A DNA stretch of 64,000 bases from an uncultured Spirochaetota bacterium. GTDB lineage: Bacteria; Spirochaetota; Brevinematia; Brevinematales; JAOACQ01. The stretch is from assembly GCA_963768055.1 (NCBI GenBank), contig CAVYGN010000001.1, positions 384,001 through 448,000 on the forward strand. Reading direction: 5' to 3'. The position numbers and the translations under genes were made by a program. The notes under the pieces are model-generated. The model was not told the origin of the DNA. It ran no database searches and saw only the letters and a program-made list of their open reading frames with translations. Of the stretch, positions 1 through 9,900 are shown piece by piece. Position 1 is the stretch's first letter. Each line of letters starts with the position of its first letter.

Positions 1-446
1 GAAACCCCGGGCATAAGCTGCAGCGTCTTGAAAGAGTCGTTCATTAAAGTCTGGGAATTTTCTTTCAATTCCTCTTTCTTCAATGTTGTCTCAGTGTCCG
101 CTTTGCCCTTGTTCCGTTTGGATTCGACGTTTATCTCGCCAAGGGAATACACCGTCTTTTTAAGGCGTATGCCGATATCCTGGTCGGCGCCTTTTATTTC
201 TATGGTGTTGGAGTATTTTTCATAACCCGGGAGGATTGCGTAAATGGTGTATGCGCCGTCAGTCAGGTTTTTAAAAACGCAGACGCCCCTGTCGTCAGTC
301 AATTGGCTTATTTTGAGTTCCGCGATCGAGACGCTTGCATCCTCCAGGGTTATGGCGCCGTCAGTCACTTTTATAGTCAGGTTTGAAGAGAAAATCCGGG
401 CGTTCGCCGCGAGGAACAGGGCCAGGATAATTGCCGATACTTTCAT
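1..446 (-). CDS. TonB-dependent receptor, N-terminal part (signal peptide, carboxypeptidase-regulatory-like domain, start of plug); runs off the window edge
   Basis: Not in the ORF track. Manual translation from ATG 446 is open to the edge: MKVSAIILALFLAANARIFS...TDDRGVCVFKNLTDGAYTIYAILPGYE...LGEINVESKR...NDSFKTLQLMPGV, the typical TBDR N-terminal pattern. Confidence 0.75.
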   Translation of the reverse strand, partial: MKVSAIILALFLAANARIFSSNLTIKVTDGAITLEDASVSIAELKISQLTDDRGVCVFKNLTDGAYTIYAILPGYEKYSNTIEIKGADQDIGIRLKKTVYSLGEINVESKRNKGKADTETTLKKEELKENSQTLMNDSFKTLQLMPGV

Positions 447-483
447 AAAAAATAATCCTTAAACGATATTATAGAATCTTTTG

Positions 484-498
484 GCAAATACCGTGCCA
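484..498 (-). promoter_or_regulatory. sigma54 (-24/-12) promoter for the TonB-dependent receptor
   Basis: Minus strand TGGCACG-GTAT-TTGC matches TGGCACG-N4-TTGC, about 38 nt upstream of ATG 446. Confidence 0.75.
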
Positions 499-671
499 TA
501 ACAGATTACTCATGCTAACAGCAAGCCCGACGATCAAAATTTCTTTAATACACAATCTATTAGAACACATGAAAAAAGAAAAAATGTCACTATTTTTTTT
601 GTTTTTCCCGGATTTTAGATGCGGGATTGAATCGCCCGATCACTTATGATATATCTATTTTGAAAAGGATA

Positions 672-863
672 TCAGAGGATCTCTTTAACCCTGCCTATCC
701 GGCCGTCTTCCAGGCGGACCTTGATGCCATGCGGATGGGTCGGGGAACTAGTCAGTATGTCCCTGACTATCCCTTCCGTTAATGCTCCCGTCGGCTGGTC
801 TTTTTTTAAAACAATGAAAACCTTCATCCCCGGTTTGATCCGGGCCCGGATCGTTCCGTCCAT
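672..863 (-). CDS. YwbE family (DUF2196) small protein
   Basis: VLKKDQPTGALTEGIVRDILTSSPTHPHGIKVRLEDGRIGRV is the characteristic YwbE pattern; SD GGAG upstream. Confidence 0.85.
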   Translation of the reverse strand: MDGTIRARIKPGMKVFIVLKKDQPTGALTEGIVRDILTSSPTHPHGIKVRLEDGRIGRVKEIL

Positions 864-1012
864 TTAAAACTCCTGCCTGCATTATTTTTTTATTACTATA
901 ACCGGTTTTTATGGATACTTCCAATCCTGAAGCCGCCGAGAGGCATGTAAGACCGGTCTTTCGTTTCTTTCCTTGTCAAAACGCAAGGAACGTGCCGTAA
1001 TGAATTATTTCG

Positions 1013-1042
1013 TTGACATCCGGCGGCCTTTATCTTTACAAT
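1013..1042 (+). promoter_or_regulatory. putative sigma70 promoter
   Basis: TTGACA-N18-TACAAT upstream of the 1087 CDS. Confidence 0.5.
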
Positions 1043-1086
1043 AAAGAAAGAATTTTATATTCCAAACGTCGGCCAGGGGGAAAATT

Positions 1087-1539
1087 ATGGAAAATGATGT
1101 CCTCGACATTATGATAGGCGTTGAAGACGAACTTGCGTCCCTGTATACTAAAATTAAAAACGTATCGCGTCTTGAATCTGTCAAAGAAGTGCTGGATTAT
1201 TTAATTGAAGAAACCGTATTTCACTCGAAGAGGATCGAAGGCCTGAAAACGAAATTCGATAAACCGGTTCTTCAAACGGAAATGATTCAGGTTTTATACG
1301 GGCGCATTAAGGATTCCCTTTACAATACGCTGAGCAAAACATACGATTATAACAGCAGCATCGATATCATGGCGAATACTGAAGACAGCATAGGTAAAAT
1401 ATACAAAACAATTTCAAATCACTTCTCCAGGCTTTCGGATTACTATCAAAAAGTTTCGGATGAGATCAATCAGCTTTCCACGGAGGAAGCGGAGCATAAG
1501 AGTATTTTGCTGCAGAAAAAAACGGGAATAGCCGGGTAA
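1087..1539 (+). CDS. ferritin-like / rubrerythrin-type four-helix protein
   Basis: Two E...Y / ExxH-like half-sites (EDELASLY..EETVFH; EDSIGKIY..EEAEH); the first is degenerate. Confidence 0.55.
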   Translation: MENDVLDIMIGVEDELASLYTKIKNVSRLESVKEVLDYLIEETVFHSKRIEGLKTKFDKPVLQTEMIQVLYGRIKDSLYNTLSKTYDYNSSIDIMANTEDSIGKIYKTISNHFSRLSDYYQKVSDEINQLSTEEAEHKSILLQKKTGIAG

Positions 1540-1630
1540 TAATCTGACGCTACTGGCCTGTTTTTTGAATATTATCCCGTCCTGTGCCATAATATCAGGT
1601 TGAAAAACATCATGGAATAAGGAGGCGCAT

Positions 1631-2488
1631 ATGTCCTGTAAAAAATTGTCTTTATCAGGAACTATTATATTCTGTTCTTTTATCGTTTTTACCGCAATGG
1701 GCTGCGGCATGATCTCTTCGGTATGGTTCAATAACAGCGGGCTTCAGAAATATAAAAAAGGGGATTATACCGGCGCCGTTAAAGATTTCAGCGAAGCCGT
1801 GAAGCAGAACCCTAAAATGGCTGAAGCCTATTACTACCTCGGCCTTTCCCAGCTCGAACTCCCGGATAATAACGGCGCAGTAGATAGTTTCAATAAGGCT
1901 CTTGATCTGGATTCGAGAAACGCTGACGCTTATAACAAGCGGGCCCTTGCTGAAAACAACCTCAGGAATTTTCAGTCGTCAATCGAGGACTGCAACCTTG
2001 CCATTAAAATCAATCCGAAACTGGCCGATGCCTATAATAACCGGGGATTTGCAAGGTTTTCTATCGGCGACTTGATGTTTGCGGCACAGGATTATACCAC
2101 TGCGTTAGAGATCGACACCAACTTTGCGAAGGCTTATAATAACCGCGGCATGTTGAAAAACGATTACAGGAACTTTAAGGGTGCAATAGAGGATTTTACA
2201 AAGGCTGTGCAGATAGACCCGAAACTCGCTGTCGCTTTCAATAACCGGGCCATGTCTAAATTATATCTTGGAGACTTTAAAGGCGCGGCGGACGATTGCG
2301 GCGAGGCGCTTAAATTGAGCCCGATGATGGGCGAAGCCTTGCTGAACCTGGGGGTCGCGAAATTCAGCCTGGGCGATAAAAAGGGCGCCAGAGAGGACCT
2401 GGCAAAGGCTAAAAAGATAGGCGAAGACAACGCCGATGTGATCCTGATCAAAGCCAGCGACGACCTTTTGAAAAACCTAGTTAAATAA
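1631..2488 (+). CDS. tetratricopeptide repeat lipoprotein
   Basis: Hydrophobic N-terminus with AMGC lipobox-like site; repeated AYNNRG-type 34-aa TPR units. Confidence 0.85.
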   Translation: MSCKKLSLSGTIIFCSFIVFTAMGCGMISSVWFNNSGLQKYKKGDYTGAVKDFSEAVKQNPKMAEAYYYLGLSQLELPDNNGAVDSFNKALDLDSRNADAYNKRALAENNLRNFQSSIEDCNLAIKINPKLADAYNNRGFARFSIGDLMFAAQDYTTALEIDTNFAKAYNNRGMLKNDYRNFKGAIEDFTKAVQIDPKLAVAFNNRAMSKLYLGDFKGAADDCGEALKLSPMMGEALLNLGVAKFSLGDKKGAREDLAKAKKIGEDNADVILIKASDDLLKNLVK

Positions 2489-2503
2489 TCCGGAGGATAA
2501 TAG

Positions 2504-3850
2504 ATGGATATACTTATATATATAATAGCGCTCCCTATTCTGGGAATACTTGTTTTTGTGCATGAACTTGGCCATTTTGTAGTTGCGAAACTTAACGGTA
2601 TAGGTGTCGATGTATTCTCGCTCGGTTTTGGAAAAGAATTGATAGGTTTTACCTTGGGGGACACTCGCTACCGGGTGTCGCTGATACCCTTCGGGGGCTA
2701 CTGTAAGCTGAGGGGTGAGGAGGCGAAGGACCGCAACGATAATACGGAAAAGGACCCGAAGGCCTGGTATAATAAACCGCCTTTATCGAGGTTCGCGACA
2801 GTAATAGCGGGCCCGGTTTTCAATTATTTGTTTGCCGTAGTTCTCATGGCGGCTCTTCTTTACGCCGGGTATAAGGCGACATACCTGTCCTCCCAGGTCA
2901 CCGTGCTCCAGGATAAATCGGCTCCCGCCATGATATCAGGCCTCAGATCGGGCGATACTATCTTGTCCATCGATAATAAAAAGATAGAGAATTTCGAACA
3001 AATACTTCCGGCGGTTATGTTTAACGCTAAAAGGGAACTCGAGTTCACCTATCTGCATGAAGGCGCTACAAACCATTCTCATGTGACCCCTGTTTTCAAC
3101 AAGCAGAACGGCGCAGCTTACATCGGCGTGCTTCCCCTCTTTTACTCCTTTGTGGGTTCCGTCGGCTCGAACACCCCGGCCCTCGAAGCTGGCATTAAAC
3201 CCGGAGACGAGATAAAATCCATCGACGGGGTGAAGACAGCCTATTTTTATCAGATTGAAGATTTTATAGAGCATAAAACTAACGGGCAGGCGGTATCTCT
3301 CGTTATTTCGAGGGCAACCAACAACCTGACCACCACTATTACTAACGTTGTAAGGCTTGCGGGTTTTAACGGCAGGGGATATCTCGGCATCGAGCCCGAC
3401 GGTTCCCAGAGCCCTAAATTTTCAAAAGTAATCAGGGCCGGCAGTTTATACGGAGCCTTTATCGGAGGCATAAAACAGTCTGACGATCTCATCATCATGA
3501 CACTCAAGGGTCTTCGTGCGATGGTCACCGGAAAGATCGACGTGCGCAAGAGCGTGGCGGGGCCTTTAAGGATACTTCAGTTCACGGGGACGATTGCGAC
3601 GCGGGCCGACCTGTGGTATATAATCTGGTTTATATCTTATATAAGCATCGCGCTGGGTATAGCCAACATACTGCCCCTTCCCGGTTTCGACGGAGGACAT
3701 GCGATCATAAGCTTCGGCGAATTCGTATCCAGGAGAAGGCTTCCGGAAAGGGCCCGGGCTGTAATAGAAATGATAGGCCTTATATGCATAATAATGCTGG
3801 GAATATTCGTTGTGCAGAACGACATTATCAATATGTTCTTCGGAAAATGA
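2504..3850 (+). CDS. rseP: RIP metalloprotease RseP (M50, two PDZ domains)
   Basis: HELGH, IPFGGYCKL, AGPVFN and NILPLPGFDGGH motifs; two PDZ-like segments. Confidence 0.93.
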   Translation: MDILIYIIALPILGILVFVHELGHFVVAKLNGIGVDVFSLGFGKELIGFTLGDTRYRVSLIPFGGYCKLRGEEAKDRNDNTEKDPKAWYNKPPLSRFATVIAGPVFNYLFAVVLMAALLYAGYKATYLSSQVTVLQDKSAPAMISGLRSGDTILSIDNKKIENFEQILPAVMFNAKRELEFTYLHEGATNHSHVTPVFNKQNGAAYIGVLPLFYSFVGSVGSNTPALEAGIKPGDEIKSIDGVKTAYFYQIEDFIEHKTNGQAVSLVISRATNNLTTTITNVVRLAGFNGRGYLGIEPDGSQSPKFSKVIRAGSLYGAFIGGIKQSDDLIIMTLKGLRAMVTGKIDVRKSVAGPLRILQFTGTIATRADLWYIIWFISYISIALGIANILPLPGFDGGHAIISFGEFVSRRRLPERARAVIEMIGLICIIMLGIFVVQNDIINMFFGK

Positions 3851-4476
3851 AGTTCAGGATAGCGGTCCTGGTTTCCGGGCGCGGCTCGAACCTTGAGGCT
3901 ATAATAAAATCTATAGAATCCGGATACCTGGAGAATGCACGAATAGTACTTGTGTTAAGCGATAACAAGGCCGCGAAGGCGTTTGACATTTGCTCCCGTC
4001 ACAGGATAAAGGCCGTTTATATCGATCCCGGGAATTACAAAACCAAACTCGAGGGAAGCGCGGAATACATGTATATCGAAAGGCTTAAGAAAGCTAAACC
4101 GGATCTTATTGTCCTCGCGGGTTTCATGAGGATCCTGAAAGAGAATTTCATCAGGAGCCTTGGTCATGACCGCATAATCAACATCCACCCCTCTCTGCTC
4201 CCGAAATATCCCGGCCTTCATACTCACAAAAAAGCACTCGAAGCGGGCGACCGGTTCACCGGCTGTTCAGTTCATTATGTGAACGAGGTGACTGACGGGG
4301 GGAAACTTATCATGCAGGCGAGGGTCCCGGTCATGCTGGGAGACACGGAGGAAAAACTTGCCGCGAGGGTGCTCGAACAGGAACACCTGGTCCTTCCCGA
4401 GGTTATAAAAATGATAATCGAAAAAAAGATAATTTATGAAAAGCTGAGCGGAGAACCGATTATTTACGGCGGGTAA
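3847..4476 (+). CDS. purN: phosphoribosylglycinamide formyltransferase
   Basis: IAVLVSGRGSNL, LAGFMRIL, INIHPSLLP. Start moved to ATG 3847, which overlaps the rseP stop (ATGA). Confidence 0.95.
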   Translation: MKFRIAVLVSGRGSNLEAIIKSIESGYLENARIVLVLSDNKAAKAFDICSRHRIKAVYIDPGNYKTKLEGSAEYMYIERLKKAKPDLIVLAGFMRILKENFIRSLGHDRIINIHPSLLPKYPGLHTHKKALEAGDRFTGCSVHYVNEVTDGGKLIMQARVPVMLGDTEEKLAARVLEQEHLVLPEVIKMIIEKKIIYEKLSGEPIIYGG

Positions 4477-4480
4477 TTCC

Positions 4481-5128
4481 ATGAATAAAAGAAGGATGCT
4501 CCTGCATACATGCTGCGCTCCCTGCCTCTCCCAATGCCTCAATGTCCTTTCGGGTTCGGATTCCTGGGAAAGGATCCTCAGGAAGAGGCCCGATTTCAAG
4601 GTTTCCCTCTTTTTCGACAACCCTAACATCTACCCGCAGGAAGAATTCGGCAGGAGAAGGAATGAGTTGAAAAAGGTTTTCAGCTTATTTTCAGGCAGCG
4701 GACTTGGCCTTACCCTGACCGGGGACTCTTCCGAATCAAGGCGCGGACTATGGCGGGAATCGGTAAAATTATACCATGAAGAGCCGGAAAAGGGGTTGAG
4801 GTGCCGTATCTGCTATTCTTTAAGGCTCGAGGAAACATTCAGGAAGGCCCGGGAGGGTTCTTTCGACGCTGTCGCGACCACCCTGACGCTTTCGCCATGG
4901 AAGGATTCTGAAAAAATAAACTGCATAGGCTGGGAATTATCCCAAAAATACGGACTTGAATATATTGAATCGGATTTTAAAAAAAACGGAGGCTACGCAA
5001 AATCGGCAGCAATATGCGCGAAGTCGGGGATTTACAGGCAGAATTACTGCGGATGCGTATTCTCGCTTTCAGCGCAAGCTATCAAGAATACTGATAATCC
5101 ACAAACGAAAGCTCGGCGTTGTCTATGA
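4481..5128 (+). CDS. queH: epoxyqueuosine reductase QueH
   Basis: LLHTCCAPC, NPNIYP, RCRICY..RL, YRQNYCGCVFS. Confidence 0.9.
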   Translation: MNKRRMLLHTCCAPCLSQCLNVLSGSDSWERILRKRPDFKVSLFFDNPNIYPQEEFGRRRNELKKVFSLFSGSGLGLTLTGDSSESRRGLWRESVKLYHEEPEKGLRCRICYSLRLEETFRKAREGSFDAVATTLTLSPWKDSEKINCIGWELSQKYGLEYIESDFKKNGGYAKSAAICAKSGIYRQNYCGCVFSLSAQAIKNTDNPQTKARRCL

Positions 5129-5393
5129 TCCTCTTGACGACGTCGGTCGGGTTCTTGATGATGAGCCTCTTTCCCTTGGTGTCGTTATATTTGCCAGCCA
5201 TAATAAGAAGGCTGATAGCCGCCGAATCGATATAATTGACGTTGCGCATCTCGAAAATCAGGCTCGACACATGACCGCTGGCTATATCCTTTTCAATATC
5301 GAGCTTTATATTGTTTAAAAAAAAGATTGTGAAGTCGCCGCTTATCGTATACTGGATAACGTCTCCTTCAAGGCTGTTCCTCGAGTACTGCAT
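5082..5393 (-). CDS. STAS-domain anti-sigma factor antagonist
   Basis: MRNVNYIDSAAISLL motif, 103 aa, SD GGAGG; overlaps the queH 3' end by 47 bp (convergent). Confidence 0.8.
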   Translation of the reverse strand: MQYSRNSLEGDVIQYTISGDFTIFFLNNIKLDIEKDIASGHVSSLIFEMRNVNYIDSAAISLLIMAGKYNDTKGKRLIIKNPTDVVKRIIDNAELSFVDYQYS

Positions 5394-5480
5394 AAGACCT
5401 CCTTATTATTCACTTTCAAATTATAAAATAAAAGCAGAAATTTACAAGTATTTTACCGTTACTTTACAATATTTAATTTA

Positions 5481-5647
5481 GGGCACTTCTAATAACTGCC
5501 CCCCTTACGGGGACAAGCCCTTTGGGGCAGCAAGGTAGCGCACCTGTCCTGGGGACTGGCACCAGTCCAGGCACCAGGGCCCATTAGGCGGAATTATTTG
5601 ATTCATTATTACGATTGTTTTTTAAAATCTGGTTTTTGGAACCGCTC
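5481..5647. mobile_element. 167-bp MITE-like element with imperfect terminal IRs and a TTTA duplication
   Basis: Left end GGGCACTTCTAATAAC, right end (reverse complement) GAGCGGTTCCAAAAAC; TTTA at 5477-5480 and 5648-5651; GC-rich hairpins inside. Confidence 0.55.
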
Positions 5648-5679
5648 TTTATACTTACAGTACTTAAAATAAACTTTTG

Positions 5680-6960
5680 TTAATTTCCGGCAGTGACCGC
5701 GACCGCACCGTCAAGGTATTTCTGCAATATCCCGGGTATGGCGACGCTTCCGTCCTCCTGCTGGTAATTCTCAAGGACCGCCACCAGAGTCCTTCCCACG
5801 GCAAGGCCTGAACCGTTGAGGGTGTGCACGAACTCAGGTTTACCCGTCGATTCCCTTCTGAATTTTATATTTGCCCTTCTTGCCTGAAAATCCATGCAGT
5901 TTGACACGGATGAAATTTCCTTGTAATTATTAAGTCCCGGCAGCCAGACTTCAAGGTCGTAACACTTGGCCGCGGAGAAACCCATATCTCCGCTCGAAAG
6001 CAGGACGACCCTGTAAGGAAGTTCCAGGAGCTGGAGGATCTTCTCGGCTTCTTTAAGCATATCCTGATGCAGTATTTCAGAATCTTCGGGCCTGGAGAAA
6101 TTGACAAGTTCGACCTTGTTAAACTGGTGCTGGCGTATGAGGCCCCTTGTCTGGCTGCCCCAGCTGCCGGCTTCGAGCCTGAAACTGGGGGCGTAAGCCG
6201 TGAACTTTAAAGGAAGGTCCGGTTCGCCGATCACTTCATTGCTGTAGATGTTCGTGAGCGGCACCTCGGCCGTGGGATTCAGGTAAAGGTCCGAGGATTC
6301 TATCCTGTAAATGTCCTCCTTGAATTTCGGAAGCTGTCCAGTTCCCCGGAGAGAAGAGGAATTGATTAAAAAAGGAACGAATTTCTCCTCGTAGCCCGCA
6401 CCCGAATGCGTGTCGAGCATGAAATTGATAAGGGCCCGCTCTAGCCTTGCCGCTCCCCCGTTATAGAGGGTAAAACCGCTGCCGGCTATCTTTGCGCCCC
6501 TTTCAAAGTCGAGGATGCCGAGTTTTTGAGCTAATTCGTAATGGGGCAGGGGTTCGAACGTAAATTCGCGGACCTTCCCCCATTTTTTTATTTCCATGTT
6601 GAATGTTTCGTCGGGACCTTCCGGCACGCCGTCCATAGGCATATTCGGGACCATGAGGAGCGCGGTTTCGAGTTCGACGTTTAACGATTTTTCCATTTCC
6701 TCGACCGTCAGGAGTTCCGCATTGATGCCGGCGACCTCTTTCATCTGCCCTTCGGCGTCCCCTCCCTTCGATTTCAGAAGGCCGACTTCTTTTGAGAGAG
6801 ATTTCTTCCGGTGCCTGAGCTCGTCAGCGGTCTTCTGGGTTTCTTTTTTTTTATAATTCAATACGGATATTTTTTCGATAAGTTCCATGGTTTTAAGCCT
6901 GAATTTAAGCTTTGCTTTTACTCCCCGTTCGTCTTCCATTATCCGGTTGATGTCCAGCAT
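5680..6960 (-). CDS. serS: serine--tRNA ligase
   Basis: PTAEVPL, FRLEAGS..TRGLIRQHQFNKVEL, YKEISSVSNCMDFQARR, HTLNGSGLAVGRT. Confidence 0.98.
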   Translation of the reverse strand: MLDINRIMEDERGVKAKLKFRLKTMELIEKISVLNYKKKETQKTADELRHRKKSLSKEVGLLKSKGGDAEGQMKEVAGINAELLTVEEMEKSLNVELETALLMVPNMPMDGVPEGPDETFNMEIKKWGKVREFTFEPLPHYELAQKLGILDFERGAKIAGSGFTLYNGGAARLERALINFMLDTHSGAGYEEKFVPFLINSSSLRGTGQLPKFKEDIYRIESSDLYLNPTAEVPLTNIYSNEVIGEPDLPLKFTAYAPSFRLEAGSWGSQTRGLIRQHQFNKVELVNFSRPEDSEILHQDMLKEAEKILQLLELPYRVVLLSSGDMGFSAAKCYDLEVWLPGLNNYKEISSVSNCMDFQARRANIKFRRESTGKPEFVHTLNGSGLAVGRTLVAVLENYQQEDGSVAIPGILQKYLDGAVAVTAGN

Positions 6961-6977
6961 AATCTTCCGCCTTACAA

Positions 6978-9900
6978 TTATTGAACATGTCTTTCAAATA
7001 TCAGTTCCACGTAAGCCCTCGATATTTTCAGGCTTTTAGATATATCCTCGATGCTCCATGCCTGCTCCTTGAGCCGCAATATGTTCTTGATCACATCCTC
7101 GTCCGCGCCGGATTCTTCCGAAAGAGCCCTTCTCGAGCCCGGCCTCGAGCCGAGTGACGTTTCCTGAGAATCCTTGACCCTTTCGAGCCTGTTTTCCAGC
7201 TTCGCTACCCAGTCCCTCATTTTCTGCACCTTCTTCGATTCCTCCTCGATAAGCACAAGGAGGTTATCGATATCGACGATCTTGTCGACGGCGTAACTCA
7301 CCTTATCCTGGTCGCCGAAAATTTTTGTTATGTTGGCCTGGGCGTTCTTGATGTCGTCCTCGATCTTTTTGGAAGTTTTGACTATCCCCCCGAGTTTTTC
7401 TTCGGCGCCGGCGATCTTTGAATGAACGTCTTTAAGGTCTTCCTTGGACGTTTCGATCGAATTCATTATTTTATTGATGACTTCTTTTTTCTTTTCTACA
7501 TCGGCCGCTTTTAACTTGATGTCCTCGTATGATTTCAGGGTTTCGAGAAGGACGTTCCTGACCTCCTCGGCTTTTCCCTGCTGTTTTTCTATAAGGGTGA
7601 GAATGCCTTCGGTTTCCCTGGCTTTCTGAAGGGCTTCCGTCACGGTCTGGTAGATAAGCGCCGTTTCTTTTTTATTATTGCCGATATTCACGAAAAGCGC
7701 GCTCAAATCCCTGTTTTCGATCCTTATCAGGTCTATTGTTTTCAGCGACTCTTCAATGTCTTTTCTCCGGGAGTCCAGTTCTTTCAGGAACTGGCTTATT
7801 ATCTCTATCTGGGAATTAGACTTTGCCGCAAGTCCTTCAGCTCTTTCGAGGACCGAGGACTTTTTCAGCAGGCCGTCGTAACGGGCTTCAATTTCCCTTG
7901 TCTTCTTGTTCAGCTCCTTGATATCTTCGAGGATCTCGGCCTTGAAGTCCTCTTTTTCATTTTTAAGCTGTCCCGCCAGGGCAGTAATATCCTTTTTACC
8001 CGAGTTATAAACCTGCATTATCTCTTCACCGCCTTTCTTCACATACGAATCGAATTCGGCAGCGATCTCTTTTATCTTTTTCGATATCTCGCCTTCGACG
8101 GTTATCGCCTTATTGCGGATGGAAACTATTGTCTTTTCCTCGAAATTCCTGAGCTCCTTCTCCATTCCGGCTATCCGGTCGAATACTTTTTTATATTCCT
8201 CGCTGGATTTGGTCAGATATACGCCGATGCCGTCGGAAAAGGTATTTTTATACTCTTCTATTTTAGAGGCGTAGCCTGTAATAATGGCTTCGGTTTTTTT
8301 GGAGAGTTCGTCCTCCCTTTGCTTAGCCCGTGCGGTGAAATCGCCGATCTCCCTGGCAAAGGCTCCGGCCTTTTTTTCCATATCGTCCTGTATCTCCAGC
8401 GCCCTGCCGTTAAGTTTTTTAACGATTTCGTCGGCGGGAGGGGTGAACGAATCCTTGAAACTGTCTATTTCTTCTTCCATTTTCACCCTGTATTCATTAA
8501 GCGCCGACTGGAGCATTTTCACGTTTTCATCGGAGTTTTTAGCGATGAATTTCCTGTCCTGTTCCCTGAGCCCCTCGAGGAAATTGGTGTGAACCTGCCT
8601 TAATTTTGAGAGTTCTTCATCCATCCCGGTTTTTTCAAGGTCGATCTTATCGTATATTTCCTTTATCCTGTCTTTAATAAGTCCTTCAAAGCCCGCCTTT
8701 CTCTCTTCGATGGCCTTTTCAAGGGTAGATATCTCACGCCTCATTTCCTCGTAGGTAAGATGCATGGCGTTCAATTCCTCCGCACTTTTTATCCTGGCCG
8801 AATCGATGACATTCCTAGACTGATCCAGCTCTTTCTGCAAATTAATAATCTCGCTTTTATTGTCCGACAGGGCCCCTTTGAGGCCTGCAAGCTCCTTTTT
8901 ATAAAATTCGATGTTGTTCATGGTATCGAGTTTTACCTCTTCAAGGATGCCGTCTATATCATGCCGGAAGTTCTGCAGCCCGCTCTCGCCCTTTCCCGAC
9001 AGTTCTTCATAAAATTTCTGGAAACGCTGTTCTATATTTTTGTTGATGGAATTAAGCTGAATGTCGGCCTTCCTGACAGCTTCATCCATTATCGAACTGA
9101 GGCGCTCGATTTTTTTGTTCATTTCTTTGTCTTTTTCGTTGACCTGTACGATCATTTCGTTCGTGAGGTTCCTGAGCTCCGTTCTCTTCGCTATGAAATC
9201 GCCGTCGGACCCCTTGAGGGCCTCGGCGAGCTTTTGAGCGAGGGCCGAGTTATATTCATTCAGCTTTGATTCGGATTCTTCCCTTAAGTCCTCGATCATA
9301 GCCCCGGTCCTGAGTTTCGCGCTTTCTATTTCGTCTTTCAGGGTCCCGATCTGCGTCAGGCTCCAGCTTCTCGCTTCTTCAAGGGAAGAAGATATTTCTT
9401 TTATTACATGATCCTTCCGGTCTGCGGCGGCTTTGTGGGCCGCGGCAATCTCGTTTTTCAGTTCTTTTATCTCGTTCCTGGTGTTGCTGATCAGTTCTTT
9501 ATAGTCCCCGACGAAGCCTATTTTGAGATCGTCGACAAACTTATCCATTTCCTTCGATTTCCCCGCGATGATATCCTGTATCCCGGTCTGCGCTTTCAAG
9601 CCTGCGGTTTTAAGGCTTTCCACGTTATTCTTGTATTCCTCGAGTTCTCCCATAAGGGACGTCTGCGAGCTTTTCAGCTTCTTGCCGAATTCCGTCTCAA
9701 AGTGGGTGACTGTCCGTTCGAGAAGGGAGAGCTTCTCGGAGATCGAAACAGTCGACTTGTCGATCCCTGAAAAAATCTCTTTTTCCTTGTCCCTGATCTT
9801 CTGCAGAGCGGATTCGGCCGCCTCCTTTCCCTGACCCTTGATTTCGTTCCCGACGCCCGACAATTCGGTCTTCACCGATTGCAGGAGCGATCCGAGCTCT

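Noticed and set aside
3613..3846. ORF-track N-terminal extension of purN
   Set aside because: Overlaps rseP by more than 230 bp; PurN similarity begins at ATG 3847.
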